Assembly: GCA_044229975.1 (NCBI GenBank)
Contig: JBGARZ010000013.1
Coordinates: 96,001-160,000 of the forward strand
Origin: Polyangiales bacterium
Lineage (GTDB): Bacteria > Myxococcota_A > Polyangia > Polyangiales > Ga0077539
Direction of reading: 5' to 3'
Length of the DNA: 64,000 nt
In this document: piece after piece, positions 39,819-49,527 of the stretch
How the letters are laid out: every line of letters starts with the position of its first letter
Numbering within the stretch: the stretch's first letter is position 1
The notes under the pieces: generated by a model
The model's input: the letters and a program-made list of their open reading frames with translations, nothing else
The model's database searches: none
Told to the model about the DNA's origin: nothing
Made by a program: the position numbers and the translations under genes

Positions 39819-41390
39819 GTGGCGCGCTCTCCCCTGTTCGGTCGGTTGATGCACTCGCTCCGCCTCGCGTCGTGGCTCGACGCGCGCCGCGTCTCCACCG
39901 CCGAGGGCCTCGAACGCCGTGATGCCTGGAGACACCAGCGCCGCGCCCTCCTCGTCGGGGCCGTCAGCGCCGCCGGGTGCGCCACCGCGTCGACGCTCAC
40001 TCCCGCGACGACCCAGCGATCAACGGGCGATGCGGGCGTGGTCATCGTCGGCGCGGGGCTCGCCGGTCTCACCGCCGCGACGCGGTTGCACCAGGCGGGG
40101 ATACGCTCGCGGGTCTTCGACGCGCAGCGACGGGTGGGCGGGAGGGCGTTCACGCTAAGGGGTCACTTCCCGTGCAAGGCAGAGCTCGGCGGCGAGCTCG
40201 TCGACACCGGGCACACCTCCATGCGCGGGCTCGTGCGCGAGCTCGGGCTCACCCTCGTCGACCGCGACGCGGGCCTCGAACCCGGCATCGAGCGCGAGCG
40301 CTACGTCATGCTCGGCCAGAGCTGGACCGAGCGGCAGGTGGTGGAGATGTTTCGCCCCGTCGCGTCGCTCATCCGGCGCGACCGCGCGCTGCTCGGCGGA
40401 CGCGAGGTCAGCCACGCGCACCACACGCCCGCGGCCGAGTCCCTCGACGCGCTCAGCACCGGTGTGTGGCTGGAGCGCAACGGCGTTCGCGGGCCGCTGC
40501 GTGCGCTGCTCGACGCGGCCTTCACCAGCGAGCTCGGACGTGACCTCGACGGGCAGAGCGCGCTGACATTCCTGTACGCGATCGGGGCCGAGCCCGACCG
40601 CTTCGCCCTCTATGGCGACAGCGACGAGCGCTACGTGGTGGCCGAAGGGTCCGACGCGATCGCGCGCACGCTGGCCTCGCGGCTGGGCGACGCGGTGATG
40701 CCCGGACACGCGCTGGTGGCGCTGCGACCGCGCGACGACGGCCGTGTGCGCTGCGTCTTCGACCGCGAGGGGACGACCGTGGAGGTCGACGCGGGGCGGG
40801 TGATCCTGGCGCTGCCGTTCAATCAGTTGCGGCGCGTGGAGCTGGGCGTGGAGCTGCCGCCCGCCAAGCGACGCGCCATCGCCGAGCTCCCCTACGCGAC
40901 CAACACCAAGGTCTTCATCACCACCACGGCCCGCCCCTGGCGCGAGGCGCGCAGCAGCGGGACCACCTTCCACGACGGCGGCGTCTACCATGAGAGCTGG
41001 GAGTCGGTTCGCGCGGCGGGGACGGAGCACGCGCTGCTCACGGCTTTCTCGGGGGGGAGGCTCGGGGTGTCGCTCGGTGAGAGCAACCCCGAGGCGCAGG
41101 GGCGGCGCTTCGCCGAGGCGTTGGACACGGTGTTTCCGGGGAGCGCGGAGGCGTTTACGGGACGGGCGGCGCGGATGCACTGGCCCGCGGCGCCCTTCCA
41201 CGAGGGCAGCTACGCCTGCTACGGGCCGGGCGACTGGTGCCGCATCGGCGGCGAAGAGGCGACGGCCGTCGGCGCGGTGCACTTCGCGGGCGAGCACACC
41301 AGCCGGCGCGCGCCGGGCTTCATGGAAGGCGCCGTGGAGTCAGGCGAGCGGGCGGCGCGTGAGGTGATCGCGGCGACACGTCGGGGGTGA
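39819..41390 (+). CDS. Flavin monoamine oxidase-family protein
   Basis: IVGAGLAGL, RVGGR, ELGGELVD, FAGEHT...GFMEGAVESG. Confidence 0.9.
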   Translation: MARSPLFGRLMHSLRLASWLDARRVSTAEGLERRDAWRHQRRALLVGAVSAAGCATASTLTPATTQRSTGDAGVVIVGAGLAGLTAATRLHQAGIRSRVFDAQRRVGGRAFTLRGHFPCKAELGGELVDTGHTSMRGLVRELGLTLVDRDAGLEPGIERERYVMLGQSWTERQVVEMFRPVASLIRRDRALLGGREVSHAHHTPAAESLDALSTGVWLERNGVRGPLRALLDAAFTSELGRDLDGQSALTFLYAIGAEPDRFALYGDSDERYVVAEGSDAIARTLASRLGDAVMPGHALVALRPRDDGRVRCVFDREGTTVEVDAGRVILALPFNQLRRVELGVELPPAKRRAIAELPYATNTKVFITTTARPWREARSSGTTFHDGGVYHESWESVRAAGTEHALLTAFSGGRLGVSLGESNPEAQGRRFAEALDTVFPGSAEAFTGRAARMHWPAAPFHEGSYACYGPGDWCRIGGEEATAVGAVHFAGEHTSRRAPGFMEGAVESGERAAREVIAATRRG

Positions 41391-41445
41391 CGCGGGGACG
41401 GGGTGGCGCGGCGCACGGTACCGCTCCGGCCGAGTGAGCGGGGTG

Positions 41446-42132
41446 TCAGACCGATGCAGCGGGTCGGCGGGTGTCCGGCGCCGTGAGGTGCGGAACCGCC
41501 GCGGTGTACTCGGCGGCGCGCCCCATCATCAGGAGGACGCCTTCGAGGATGAGCGCGGCGCCGCGGTAGGTGCGCAGCCACGCGCGCTTCTCCGAGGACT
41601 GCTCCGAGAGGGTGACGAGTCGCGCGCGCTCGGCCTCGTCGCCGCGGGTGACGAGCGGTTCGAGCGTCGCGAGCTGGGCGTCGAGGCGCGCGATCCAGCG
41701 GGTGTGATCGGGCACCGACGGCTCGTGCGCGAGGTGTTCGCGGGCGACGAGCGTGGCGTCGCGGAGGTTGCGGGCCCCCTTGCCGATGCCCGTCAGGCCG
41801 TGGGGGAGGAAGAGGTGGGGGTCGCCGTTCCAGGGGTCGTGGGCGTCGGACTTGCGGGCGGCGAGGTGCAGGGCGAACGACCGGAGCTCGCCGCGCGCGG
41901 CCTTCACCACGGGCAGCTTCTCCTCGGCGGTGGCGCCGCGCTCCGACTGGGCGCCACGACTCGCCGCCATCGCCCCGCGCATGGTGAGCGTCGCGGCGTC
42001 GAGCCGATCAGCGCACCACCCGAGCATGGCGATGACGGGCGGTGGGGCGTCGACGCCGACGATGCGCCGGAGGTTGCCGCTGAAGCGGTCGCCGTAGGTC
42101 TGGGTCTCCTGGTTGTCGATGTAGCTGTCCAT
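41446..42132 (-). CDS. Hypothetical all-alpha protein (228 aa)
   Basis: GGAGG RBS before ATG at 42132; amphipathic helices; FLPHGL turn motif. Confidence 0.65.
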   Translation of the reverse strand: MDSYIDNQETQTYGDRFSGNLRRIVGVDAPPPVIAMLGWCADRLDAATLTMRGAMAASRGAQSERGATAEEKLPVVKAARGELRSFALHLAARKSDAHDPWNGDPHLFLPHGLTGIGKGARNLRDATLVAREHLAHEPSVPDHTRWIARLDAQLATLEPLVTRGDEAERARLVTLSEQSSEKRAWLRTYRGAALILEGVLLMMGRAAEYTAAVPHLTAPDTRRPAASV

Positions 42133-42257
42133 GGTGATGCCTCCGTCCCGGGCGGGGCGCACCGTGCGCCGTTTCCTGGAACGCAGGTTCATCGGGACGC
42201 CGACCCGGCAGGTTTCCCACCGGGTGATGAATTCGACACGAGGGGAGAAGACGAGCG

Positions 42258-42472
42258 TCCGCCCGCTACCACTCGGCCGACGTGGACCAGCGGGAAGGCA
42301 CCCGACCGCCACCACTCGGCCGACGTGGACCAGCGGGAAGACACCCGACCGCGACCGCTCGTCCGACGTGCACCAGCGGGAAGACGCCCGACCGCTACCA
42401 CTCGGCCGACGCGGACCAGCGGGCAGGCACCCGGCCGCTGCCGCTCGCCCGATGCGAACCAGCGGGCAGGCG
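42258..42472. repeat. Tandem repeat, 5 x 43 bp, non-coding
   Basis: ACCAGCGGG at 42286, 42329, 42372, 42415, 42458. Confidence 0.92.
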
Positions 42473-42498
42473 CACGTCAGAACTCCTGCGACCCGGGA

Positions 42499-43626
42499 CT
42501 ACGGCGTCGGCGTCATCGTCACGCCCGGCGCCGCAGCGGGAGCGGTCGTCGGCGCGGCGGGCTGCTCGTTGCCCGTCGGCGTCGCGCCCGCGGCGGTGGC
42601 CGGCGCGGCGGCCCCGAGCAGCTCGCGCAGACGCGCCCGGCGCTCGGCCTCCGGCAACTGGAGCACCTGCGTGGTGTCCATCGTCATCATCGGAACACTC
42701 CCCCCGCCCGTGACCACCGGCAGATGGCCGTCCCAGCGCTGGAGCTGCCGGTACGCGATGACGTCGCGGTTCATGGAGAGGCGGATGATCTCGTTGGCCT
42801 GCGCCTCGGAGCGCGCGCGGATGAGCAGCGCGTCGCCCTCGCCCTGCGCCCGCTGCCGCGACGCCTCGGCCTCGCCGCGCGCCTGCGCCACGGCCTGCTC
42901 GGCCTCGGCGCGAATCTGTCGCACGCGGTTTTCCGCCTGGATGGCGTTTTGCGTCGCCTCCATCGCGCGGTTGATGGCCGCGACCACGTTGTCGGGCAGC
43001 CGCAGCGCCGAGTTGAACGTGAGCTGGTCGATGACGAAGCCATCGGTGCCGAGGCGGGTCACCACCCGCTGGAGGCTCTCGTTGAGCAGCCGCGTCTTGC
43101 CCGCGCCGTAGATCTGTTGCACCGGCATCACGGCCGCGCCCTCGTTGAGCGCCTCGCGCACCACGTTGCGGACATACCCGTGGGCGAGGATGAGCACGTC
43201 GCGCTGCCGAAACCGCGCGTACAGCCGCGGCGCCCGCTCGGCCTCGACGTGGAAGGCCAGGCCCACGTCGGCGTTGACGGTCACGCCCTCCGACGACGCG
43301 AAGGTGATGGACTCGTCGATGGTCGAGCCCTCGTGGGGGTCGTGGCTCCAGACGATGTTTTGCACGCTCGTCGGAAACTCCACGACCATCTCGGTGAGGG
43401 GGTTGTAGGCGACCCAGCCCGTCACGATGGGCGCGTCCTGCACGCCCCGCGCGCTGCCCGCGAGCTTCACCCGGATGCCCACGTGCCCGGGGTCGACGCG
43501 CGCACAGCTCGCTGATCCGACCACGCACGCCAGCACCAGCACCAGCAGGGTGATGAGCCCGCTGCGCACCGCGCCCCCGACGTTGGACGGGTTGAACTGC
43601 ACCGTGTTGTTGCCTGTCTTCGCCAT
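42499..43626 (-). CDS. SPFH (band 7/prohibitin) domain protein
   Basis: N-terminal TM, VDPGHVGI, AEAEQAVAQARGEAEA coil, RWDGHLP. Confidence 0.88.
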   Translation of the reverse strand: MAKTGNNTVQFNPSNVGGAVRSGLITLLVLVLACVVGSASCARVDPGHVGIRVKLAGSARGVQDAPIVTGWVAYNPLTEMVVEFPTSVQNIVWSHDPHEGSTIDESITFASSEGVTVNADVGLAFHVEAERAPRLYARFRQRDVLILAHGYVRNVVREALNEGAAVMPVQQIYGAGKTRLLNESLQRVVTRLGTDGFVIDQLTFNSALRLPDNVVAAINRAMEATQNAIQAENRVRQIRAEAEQAVAQARGEAEASRQRAQGEGDALLIRARSEAQANEIIRLSMNRDVIAYRQLQRWDGHLPVVTGGGSVPMMTMDTTQVLQLPEAERRARLRELLGAAAPATAAGATPTGNEQPAAPTTAPAAAPGVTMTPTP

Positions 43627-43639
43627 CGCCGCTCTCCTG

Positions 43640-43936
43640 TCATCCCCGCGCGGGCCGCAGCACGCGCAGCGCGAACACCACGTTGGCCACCAGCAGCAGC
43701 GCCGCCGCCGACCAGCCGAGCCACACGTCCGCGTCGCGCGGCGCGTTGACCCAGCGCACCACCGCCGTGAACACCAGCCCGTCGACCACCAGCGCCGCCG
43801 CCACCAGCACGGCCGTCTTCACGCGCGACCGCTGCGCCCCGCGGAGGCCCGCGAGCTCAGCCGTCAGCCGCGCGTTTTCCGCCGCCAGCGAGTGCCGCTC
43901 GTCCCGAAACGCCCCACGATCGCCGCCGGGTTCCAC
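43640..43936 (-). CDS. Small protein with a coiled coil and two TMs, upstream of SPFH
   Basis: C-terminal part of ORF 43640..45667 from GTG at 43936: LAAENARLTAEL followed by two hydrophobic helices. Confidence 0.55.
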   Translation of the reverse strand: MEPGGDRGAFRDERHSLAAENARLTAELAGLRGAQRSRVKTAVLVAAALVVDGLVFTAVVRWVNAPRDADVWLGWSAAALLLVANVVFALRVLRPARG

Positions 43937-44092
43937 TGGGCGCAGCGTATACCCCCGGCCCTCGCCCCACGCACCCGCTGACCGCGCTTTGTGAGGCTCG
44001 CGAACCACAGCGCCGCGGTGTTTCCGCCCCCGATGGAGCGGTGTTAGGGTCCGCGCCCTCCATCGCCTGAACTGCCCGCAAGAGGTTCGCTC

Positions 44093-45649
44093 GTGAAGCC
44101 CGTGCCCCGCCGACTCATCGCCTCCGTCGCGCTCGCCTCCGTCACGCTCACCGCCGCGCTGCCCTCCGAGGCCATCGTCGTCGCACGCGTCACCCGGCAC
44201 GGGTACATCCTCACCGACGCCCCGGACGACCCCATCTACGGCGAAAACCTCCCGGTCTCCAACAGCCGCGACATGATCACCTTCATCGGTGAGGCCACCG
44301 CGGTGCTGAGCGAGGTCGAGGGCTTCCACGCGGGGAAGTTTCTCGCGACGATGCAGCTCCCGAGCACCCAGAGCCCGCTGGCGTTCTACCTCCCCATCCG
44401 CAACGACGTGCGCGGCATCGGGCAGCGCAGCAACGCCGACACGCGCGTCGAGGTCTTCGACAACAACCGCGCCTACAACACCGCCTTCTCCCTCGACGGC
44501 TTCCTCTACCTCAACTCCCTCCGCTTCTACACCGACCCGCGCTCCATCAACTTCGGGCGCTACCTCATCTGCACCCAGGAGTTCGGTCACCGCTACGGGC
44601 CGCGCAACGAGGTCCCCGCGTTTCCCCTCGGCGCCTCCGACGGCGGCGTGACCAACGACGGCGGCGTGACCAACGACGGCGGCGTCGCCACGCCCGATGT
44701 GACCGAGCTCGACGTCGCCACGGTGGATGTGCCCGCGACGGACGTACCCGTGACCGACGTGCCCGCGACCGACGGCGGCGCGCGCGACGGGTCCGCCGAC
44801 GCTGCCACCGGCCCGATCGCTCTCGTCCGCGACGCGCTCCTCGGCCGCGGCAACGAGGTCAACGGCATGGTCACCAACCGCGCCCACTGGAGCTACTTCT
44901 TCAACACCGGCGGATCGCCGATGGAAGGCAACCTCTGGACGGAGTCGGAGCCGGGGACCTTTCGCACCGAGCGACCGTCGTTTCGCTTCTCCGACTTCGA
45001 CCTCTACAACATGGGCCTCGTGCCCGCGTCCGCGGTGCGCCCCACCTTCCTCATCGCCGAACCCACCATGCTCCCGCGCGGCATCGACCGCGACTCCGCG
45101 CCCGAATACTCGGGCCGAACGGTGACCATCCGCGGCCGACGCGTCCCCGTCTCCATCGACGACATCATCTACGCCAACGGCCAGCGCAGCCCCGCGTACC
45201 CCGACACCCCGCGCGACCTCGACGTCGTGTGGGTGCTCTGGGTCGAGCCCGATCAGGTGACCGACGACCTCGCCGCGGAGTTCGACCAGGCCATCGAGTC
45301 GTGCGCCCTCGGCTACGACACCGCGAGCGCCAACCTCTCGCGCCTCGTCTCCAACACCCCCTTCGTCGAGCCCCCCGACGCGGGCTTCACCCCCGACGCA
45401 GGCACACCCGACGCGGGCGCTGAAGACGCCGGAACACCCGACAGCGGAATCAACTTCCCCCCCGAGGACGTGGTGCTCGCGACCGAGGACGTCGTGACGC
45501 CCGTCGCCCCCACCGCCGCGGGCGGCTGCGCCTGCTCCACCCACGCGCGGCCCACCGCCCCGTCGGGACTCTGCGCCGTCGGCGTCGCGTTGGCGCTTGC
45601 CACCACGCTGCGCCGCCGGCGCCGCGGGGTGGTAGCCTCGGCCGCGTGA
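44093..45649 (+). CDS. Secreted zincin-like protein with MYXO-CTERM-like tail
   Basis: Signal peptide; QEFGHRY, HWSYFF, FSDFDLYNMG; C-terminal GGCACS...TM...RRRRR. Confidence 0.65.
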   Translation: MKPVPRRLIASVALASVTLTAALPSEAIVVARVTRHGYILTDAPDDPIYGENLPVSNSRDMITFIGEATAVLSEVEGFHAGKFLATMQLPSTQSPLAFYLPIRNDVRGIGQRSNADTRVEVFDNNRAYNTAFSLDGFLYLNSLRFYTDPRSINFGRYLICTQEFGHRYGPRNEVPAFPLGASDGGVTNDGGVTNDGGVATPDVTELDVATVDVPATDVPVTDVPATDGGARDGSADAATGPIALVRDALLGRGNEVNGMVTNRAHWSYFFNTGGSPMEGNLWTESEPGTFRTERPSFRFSDFDLYNMGLVPASAVRPTFLIAEPTMLPRGIDRDSAPEYSGRTVTIRGRRVPVSIDDIIYANGQRSPAYPDTPRDLDVVWVLWVEPDQVTDDLAAEFDQAIESCALGYDTASANLSRLVSNTPFVEPPDAGFTPDAGTPDAGAEDAGTPDSGINFPPEDVVLATEDVVTPVAPTAAGGCACSTHARPTAPSGLCAVGVALALATTLRRRRRGVVASAA

Positions 45650-46707
45650 GCCGCGAGACCCCTCCACTCCCCCAACACGTCTTCCGCTGGGACCTCGACA
45701 AGACCTACCTCCACACCGAGTTCGATCACTGGATCGACCTCGTGAAGACCGCCGTCGAGACGCCCGAGACCAAGCGCTCCATGCCCGGCGCCGCGCGCCT
45801 CATCCGCGCGCTCAAGCTCCACCAGCCGAGCCGCGTCACCATCCTCTCGGGCAGCCCCGAGCAGATGCGCGGAACCCTCGAATCCAAGCTCCGCCTCGAC
45901 GGCATCGCGTGGGACGAGTTCACCCTCAAGCCGTCCGTCCGCAACATCCTGCGGCTGCGCTTTCGGGCCCTGCGCGACCAGCTCGGGTACAAGCTCCCGG
46001 CCCTCCTCGACGCCCGCACCCGCGTCGCCCAGGACGTCCCCGAAACCCTCTTCGGCGACGACGCCGAGGCCGACGCGCTCGTCTACTCCCTCTACGCCGA
46101 CGTGCTCTCGGGCAAGGTCTCGGACCGTCAGCTCACGGCCGTTCTGGAGCAGTCCCGCACCTACGCCGACGTCGTGTCGGAGGTCATCCGCCTCGTGCAT
46201 CGCGTGGAGAAGGGCGACGTCGTGCGCCGCATCTTCATCCACCTCGAACGCCGCTCCGACCCCGACTTCTTCCGTCTGTATGGGCCGCGCGTGGTGCCCG
46301 TCTCCAACTACCTCCAGGCCGCCGTGGTGCTCGTCTCCGACGGGCTCCTCGGCACCGACGCCCTCGCCCCCATCGCCGCCGCCGTGCACACCGAGACGCA
46401 GCTCCCGGTGCCCGCGCTCGCCGCCACGCTGCATGACCTCGTGCGCCGCGGCGACCTCACGCCCGACGTCGTGCACCGCGTCGCCAAGGCCCTCGGTGAC
46501 TCCGCCCCGCAGCTCGACCTCACCGCCGACGAGCTCACCGAGCTCGCCGATGCCCTGCAGGACACACCCCCCGCGGCCGATCCTCCGCCGGTCGTGGCGA
46601 TCGACTACCTCAACGCCCTCGACGACGACCGCGCGCGCTGGGAGGCCGCCCGCCTCGCGGCCCGCGCCCGCAACCGCGAGCGCAGCAAGCCCCCGACGGA
46701 GCAGTGA
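45646..46707 (+). CDS. HAD-like (App1-type) phosphatase-domain protein
   Basis: WDLDKT (DxD), ILSGSP, LFGDDAEAD. Confidence 0.7.
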   Translation: MSRETPPLPQHVFRWDLDKTYLHTEFDHWIDLVKTAVETPETKRSMPGAARLIRALKLHQPSRVTILSGSPEQMRGTLESKLRLDGIAWDEFTLKPSVRNILRLRFRALRDQLGYKLPALLDARTRVAQDVPETLFGDDAEADALVYSLYADVLSGKVSDRQLTAVLEQSRTYADVVSEVIRLVHRVEKGDVVRRIFIHLERRSDPDFFRLYGPRVVPVSNYLQAAVVLVSDGLLGTDALAPIAAAVHTETQLPVPALAATLHDLVRRGDLTPDVVHRVAKALGDSAPQLDLTADELTELADALQDTPPAADPPPVVAIDYLNALDDDRARWEAARLAARARNRERSKPPTEQ

Positions 46708-46761
46708 CGCCGCGCGGCGCGCACGGTGGACGCACCACCCGCCGCTCTCTACACTGCCTTC

Positions 46762-48099
46762 ATGAACCGACTGCTCCGCGCAACCCTCCTGCTCGCGGTG
46801 CTCGGAGGATGCGGCGCGCGGACGGGGCTTCGTACCCCCGACGTGGTCACCGACTCTCCGCCCGTCGACGACGTCCCGCCGCGGCCACCTCCGACGTGCA
46901 TCGAGGTGCAGCCCGGCACCGACGTGGTCACCGTCAACCTCGAGACGCGGCCGCAGGTGAGCGTGGCGGACGTGTTCTTCCTCATCGACCGCACGGGCTC
47001 GATGGACGGCGAGATCGACAACATCAAGGCCAACCTCCAGCGCAGCATCGTGCCGGCCATCGCGCGCGCCATCGACGACGTGCAGTTCGGCGTGGCGACC
47101 TACGCGGACTTCCCGCTGCGGAGGCCCGACGGCGTCGAGTACGGCAACATCAACATCCCCACGGACATCCCCTTCACCCTCGTCTCCCCCATCGACCGCG
47201 GCATCGCCAACGTGCAGGGCGCCGTCGACGGCATCATCACGGGCGGCGGCGGCGACAACCCCGAGGCCATGGTCGAGGCGCTCTTCCAGGTCGCCAGCGG
47301 CGAGGGTTACACCCCGTGGATCACCCCACGCGCGGCATGCCCCGTCCCCGGCCGCCTCGGGTACGGGTGCCTGCGCCCCAACGCCCAGACCATCATCCTC
47401 CTCATCGCCGACGCGCCCAGCCACAACGGCCCCTTCGGCAGCAACGCCTACGTCAACACGTCGTTCACCACGCCCGCCCTCTGCCCGGCGTCGCTCCCGG
47501 CATGTGCCGCCGCGCGCGGGCCGCACACCTACGTCGAGGCCCTCGCGGCGCTGCGCGCCCTCAACGCGCGGGTCATCGGCATCAACTCGGGCGCCGGCCA
47601 GTACACGGGTCGCCCCGACCTCCAGCGCCTGGCGATGGACACCGGGTCGGTCACCGCCGCGGGCTCGCCGCTCGTGTTCGACATCGGCGCCGATGGGCGC
47701 GACCTCGACTCCCGCGTCGTCACCGCCGTCGAGACCTTCACCCAGCAGGTGCGCTTCAACGCCTCGGCGCGCGTCATCGACCTCGACCCCCAGCGCCCCG
47801 CCTCGCAGTTCGTGGTGGCCGTGCGCCCCGTCTCCGCCGCGCCCGCCGCCAACATCGAGCGCCTCGACATGACGACCTTCTACGGGGTGGTCCCGGGCAC
47901 GCGGCTCACCTTCGGGCTCGACCTGCGCACCAACCTCCCGCGCATGGCGACGGCGCAGCGCTTCCCCGCGCGGGTGCAGTTCTTCGGCGACGGCCGGCCC
48001 AACCTCGGGTCACAGGACATCGTCATCGTCATCCCCGGCGAAGACATGACGGGCTGCAACGACAACTCCGTCGAGATCACCGATGCCGGCGTTCGGTGA
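46762..48099 (+). CDS. vWA-domain lipoprotein
   Basis: Lipobox LGGC; FLIDRTGSM MIDAS; GGGDNPEA; IADAPSH. Confidence 0.8.
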   Translation: MNRLLRATLLLAVLGGCGARTGLRTPDVVTDSPPVDDVPPRPPPTCIEVQPGTDVVTVNLETRPQVSVADVFFLIDRTGSMDGEIDNIKANLQRSIVPAIARAIDDVQFGVATYADFPLRRPDGVEYGNINIPTDIPFTLVSPIDRGIANVQGAVDGIITGGGGDNPEAMVEALFQVASGEGYTPWITPRAACPVPGRLGYGCLRPNAQTIILLIADAPSHNGPFGSNAYVNTSFTTPALCPASLPACAAARGPHTYVEALAALRALNARVIGINSGAGQYTGRPDLQRLAMDTGSVTAAGSPLVFDIGADGRDLDSRVVTAVETFTQQVRFNASARVIDLDPQRPASQFVVAVRPVSAAPAANIERLDMTTFYGVVPGTRLTFGLDLRTNLPRMATAQRFPARVQFFGDGRPNLGSQDIVIVIPGEDMTGCNDNSVEITDAGVR

Positions 48100-48682
48100 G
48101 CGCAGCACCACGGCGGCCCGCGCCCCCGACGTGACGCCGCAGCGGCTGCTCACGGTGCGCATCCTGTGGGCGGCGCTGCTGTCGACCAACTTCGTCTACC
48201 TCGGCGTGCTGGCGTACGTGCGCGACCACCGGGCGCCGCTGCCTGCGCCCGCCTCCGCGATGGTGATGGCGATGGCGGTGGCGGGTCTCGCCAACGCCGT
48301 GATGAGCTTCGTGATGCCGCAGATGATCTACCGGCGGGCGGCGCTGGCGACGGGCGTGGCGACGCGCGAGGGGCTGATGGGCGACCCGCTGGGCGCGACG
48401 CAGGGGTTTCGCACGGCGGCCGCGAGCGGGCGGGTGTTTGGCGACGATCGCGCGGCGCGGCAGGCGGCGTTTCGCGTGTACCAGACGCCCTTCATCATGG
48501 GCATGGCGATGGCGGAGGCGGTGTCGCTCTTCGGCTTCGTGCTGGGCTTCCTCGGCGCGGAGTGGGCGCAGGTGCTGCCGTTCTTCGCGGTGGGCATCGC
48601 GGCGCAGGCGGCGCGGCTTCCGACGATGGGCAGGGTCGAGGGGATGTTCGAGGCGGCGCACGGGGCGCGCTTCGGGGGGTAA
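48083..48682 (+). CDS. Hypothetical membrane protein
   Basis: Four hydrophobic helices; start uncertain (48083 or 48131). Confidence 0.6.
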   Translation: MPAFGERSTTAARAPDVTPQRLLTVRILWAALLSTNFVYLGVLAYVRDHRAPLPAPASAMVMAMAVAGLANAVMSFVMPQMIYRRAALATGVATREGLMGDPLGATQGFRTAAASGRVFGDDRAARQAAFRVYQTPFIMGMAMAEAVSLFGFVLGFLGAEWAQVLPFFAVGIAAQAARLPTMGRVEGMFEAAHGARFGG

Positions 48683-48802
48683 AGACCCCTGAGCCACCCT
48701 GCGCCAGCGCACCACGCTCGTTGCGTCCTTCGCTGATCGCGCACTCGACGAATCTCGCGGGGCACGCCCATTGCGATCGGTCTCTCCACGGAGGTCGATG
48801 CG

Positions 48803-49441
48803 ATGCGATGCCCGGCGCTGTTCACCCTGCTGGCCCTGCTCACCGCAGCGGCCACCGCGCACGCTGACCCCGCTCCTCCCGCCCGCCGGCGCGTCGTCCG
48901 CGACTACTTCCGCCGAACCATCTCCGCTGGCGCAACCCTTGGCGTGGGCTCGGCCCTCGGGCTCGTGGGCGCCTTCGTCGAGCTGCGCCCGTGGCGGGCC
49001 TTCGGCGTCGCGGTCGGCGGTGGCCTGGGCGGCAGCTTCGGCCCCAGCGTGGCGGCAACCTTGTTGGCATCCCCCATCGGAACGCGCCGCTGGGCCCTCG
49101 ACCTCGAAGCGTCGATCTCGCACCACTTCGCCTACGCCCAGGGGCTCTCGTTGAGCGGCGGGCGCGAGCTGCCCGGGTCGTCCAACTGGGTGGGCCTCGG
49201 GGTCGCGAGCGAGTGGCGCCCCAGCCGATCGATCATGCTGCGCGTCGCCGTCGGTCACGCGTGGCTCCTCGACACCAGCGGGTACGGCGTGCTGCGCGAG
49301 TCCGAGCTCCCCGAAGCGGAACAAGCGGTCGGCTTCCTCCCCGGCGCGACGCCCGTCGACGCAGCGCGCGCCGCCATCGCGGGCGACACGCTCGGCGTCT
49401 GGTACGTGCACATCGACCTCGCGCCCACCTGGCGTTGGTAG
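48803..49441 (+). CDS. Secreted, probable outer-membrane beta-barrel protein
   Basis: Signal peptide ending AHA; alternating beta pattern; C-terminal aromatic WRW. Confidence 0.5.
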   Translation: MRCPALFTLLALLTAAATAHADPAPPARRRVVRDYFRRTISAGATLGVGSALGLVGAFVELRPWRAFGVAVGGGLGGSFGPSVAATLLASPIGTRRWALDLEASISHHFAYAQGLSLSGGRELPGSSNWVGLGVASEWRPSRSIMLRVAVGHAWLLDTSGYGVLRESELPEAEQAVGFLPGATPVDAARAAIAGDTLGVWYVHIDLAPTWRW

Positions 49442-49527
49442 CGCTCGGACGGTCGTTCCAAAAGCCGGGAAGTACGCGGTAGCGTCCGTCGTTCGTCGGT
49501 GACGGTCGTGGGCCCGGAGTTGGACGC

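Noticed and set aside
42258..42472. CRISPR array or coding repeat
   Set aside because: No spacers, and a period of 43 is not a multiple of 3
43640..45667. 675-aa minus-strand ORF (and many similar long antisense ORFs)
   Set aside because: Antisense shadows caused by stop-codon scarcity at high GC; only the last 98 codons were retained
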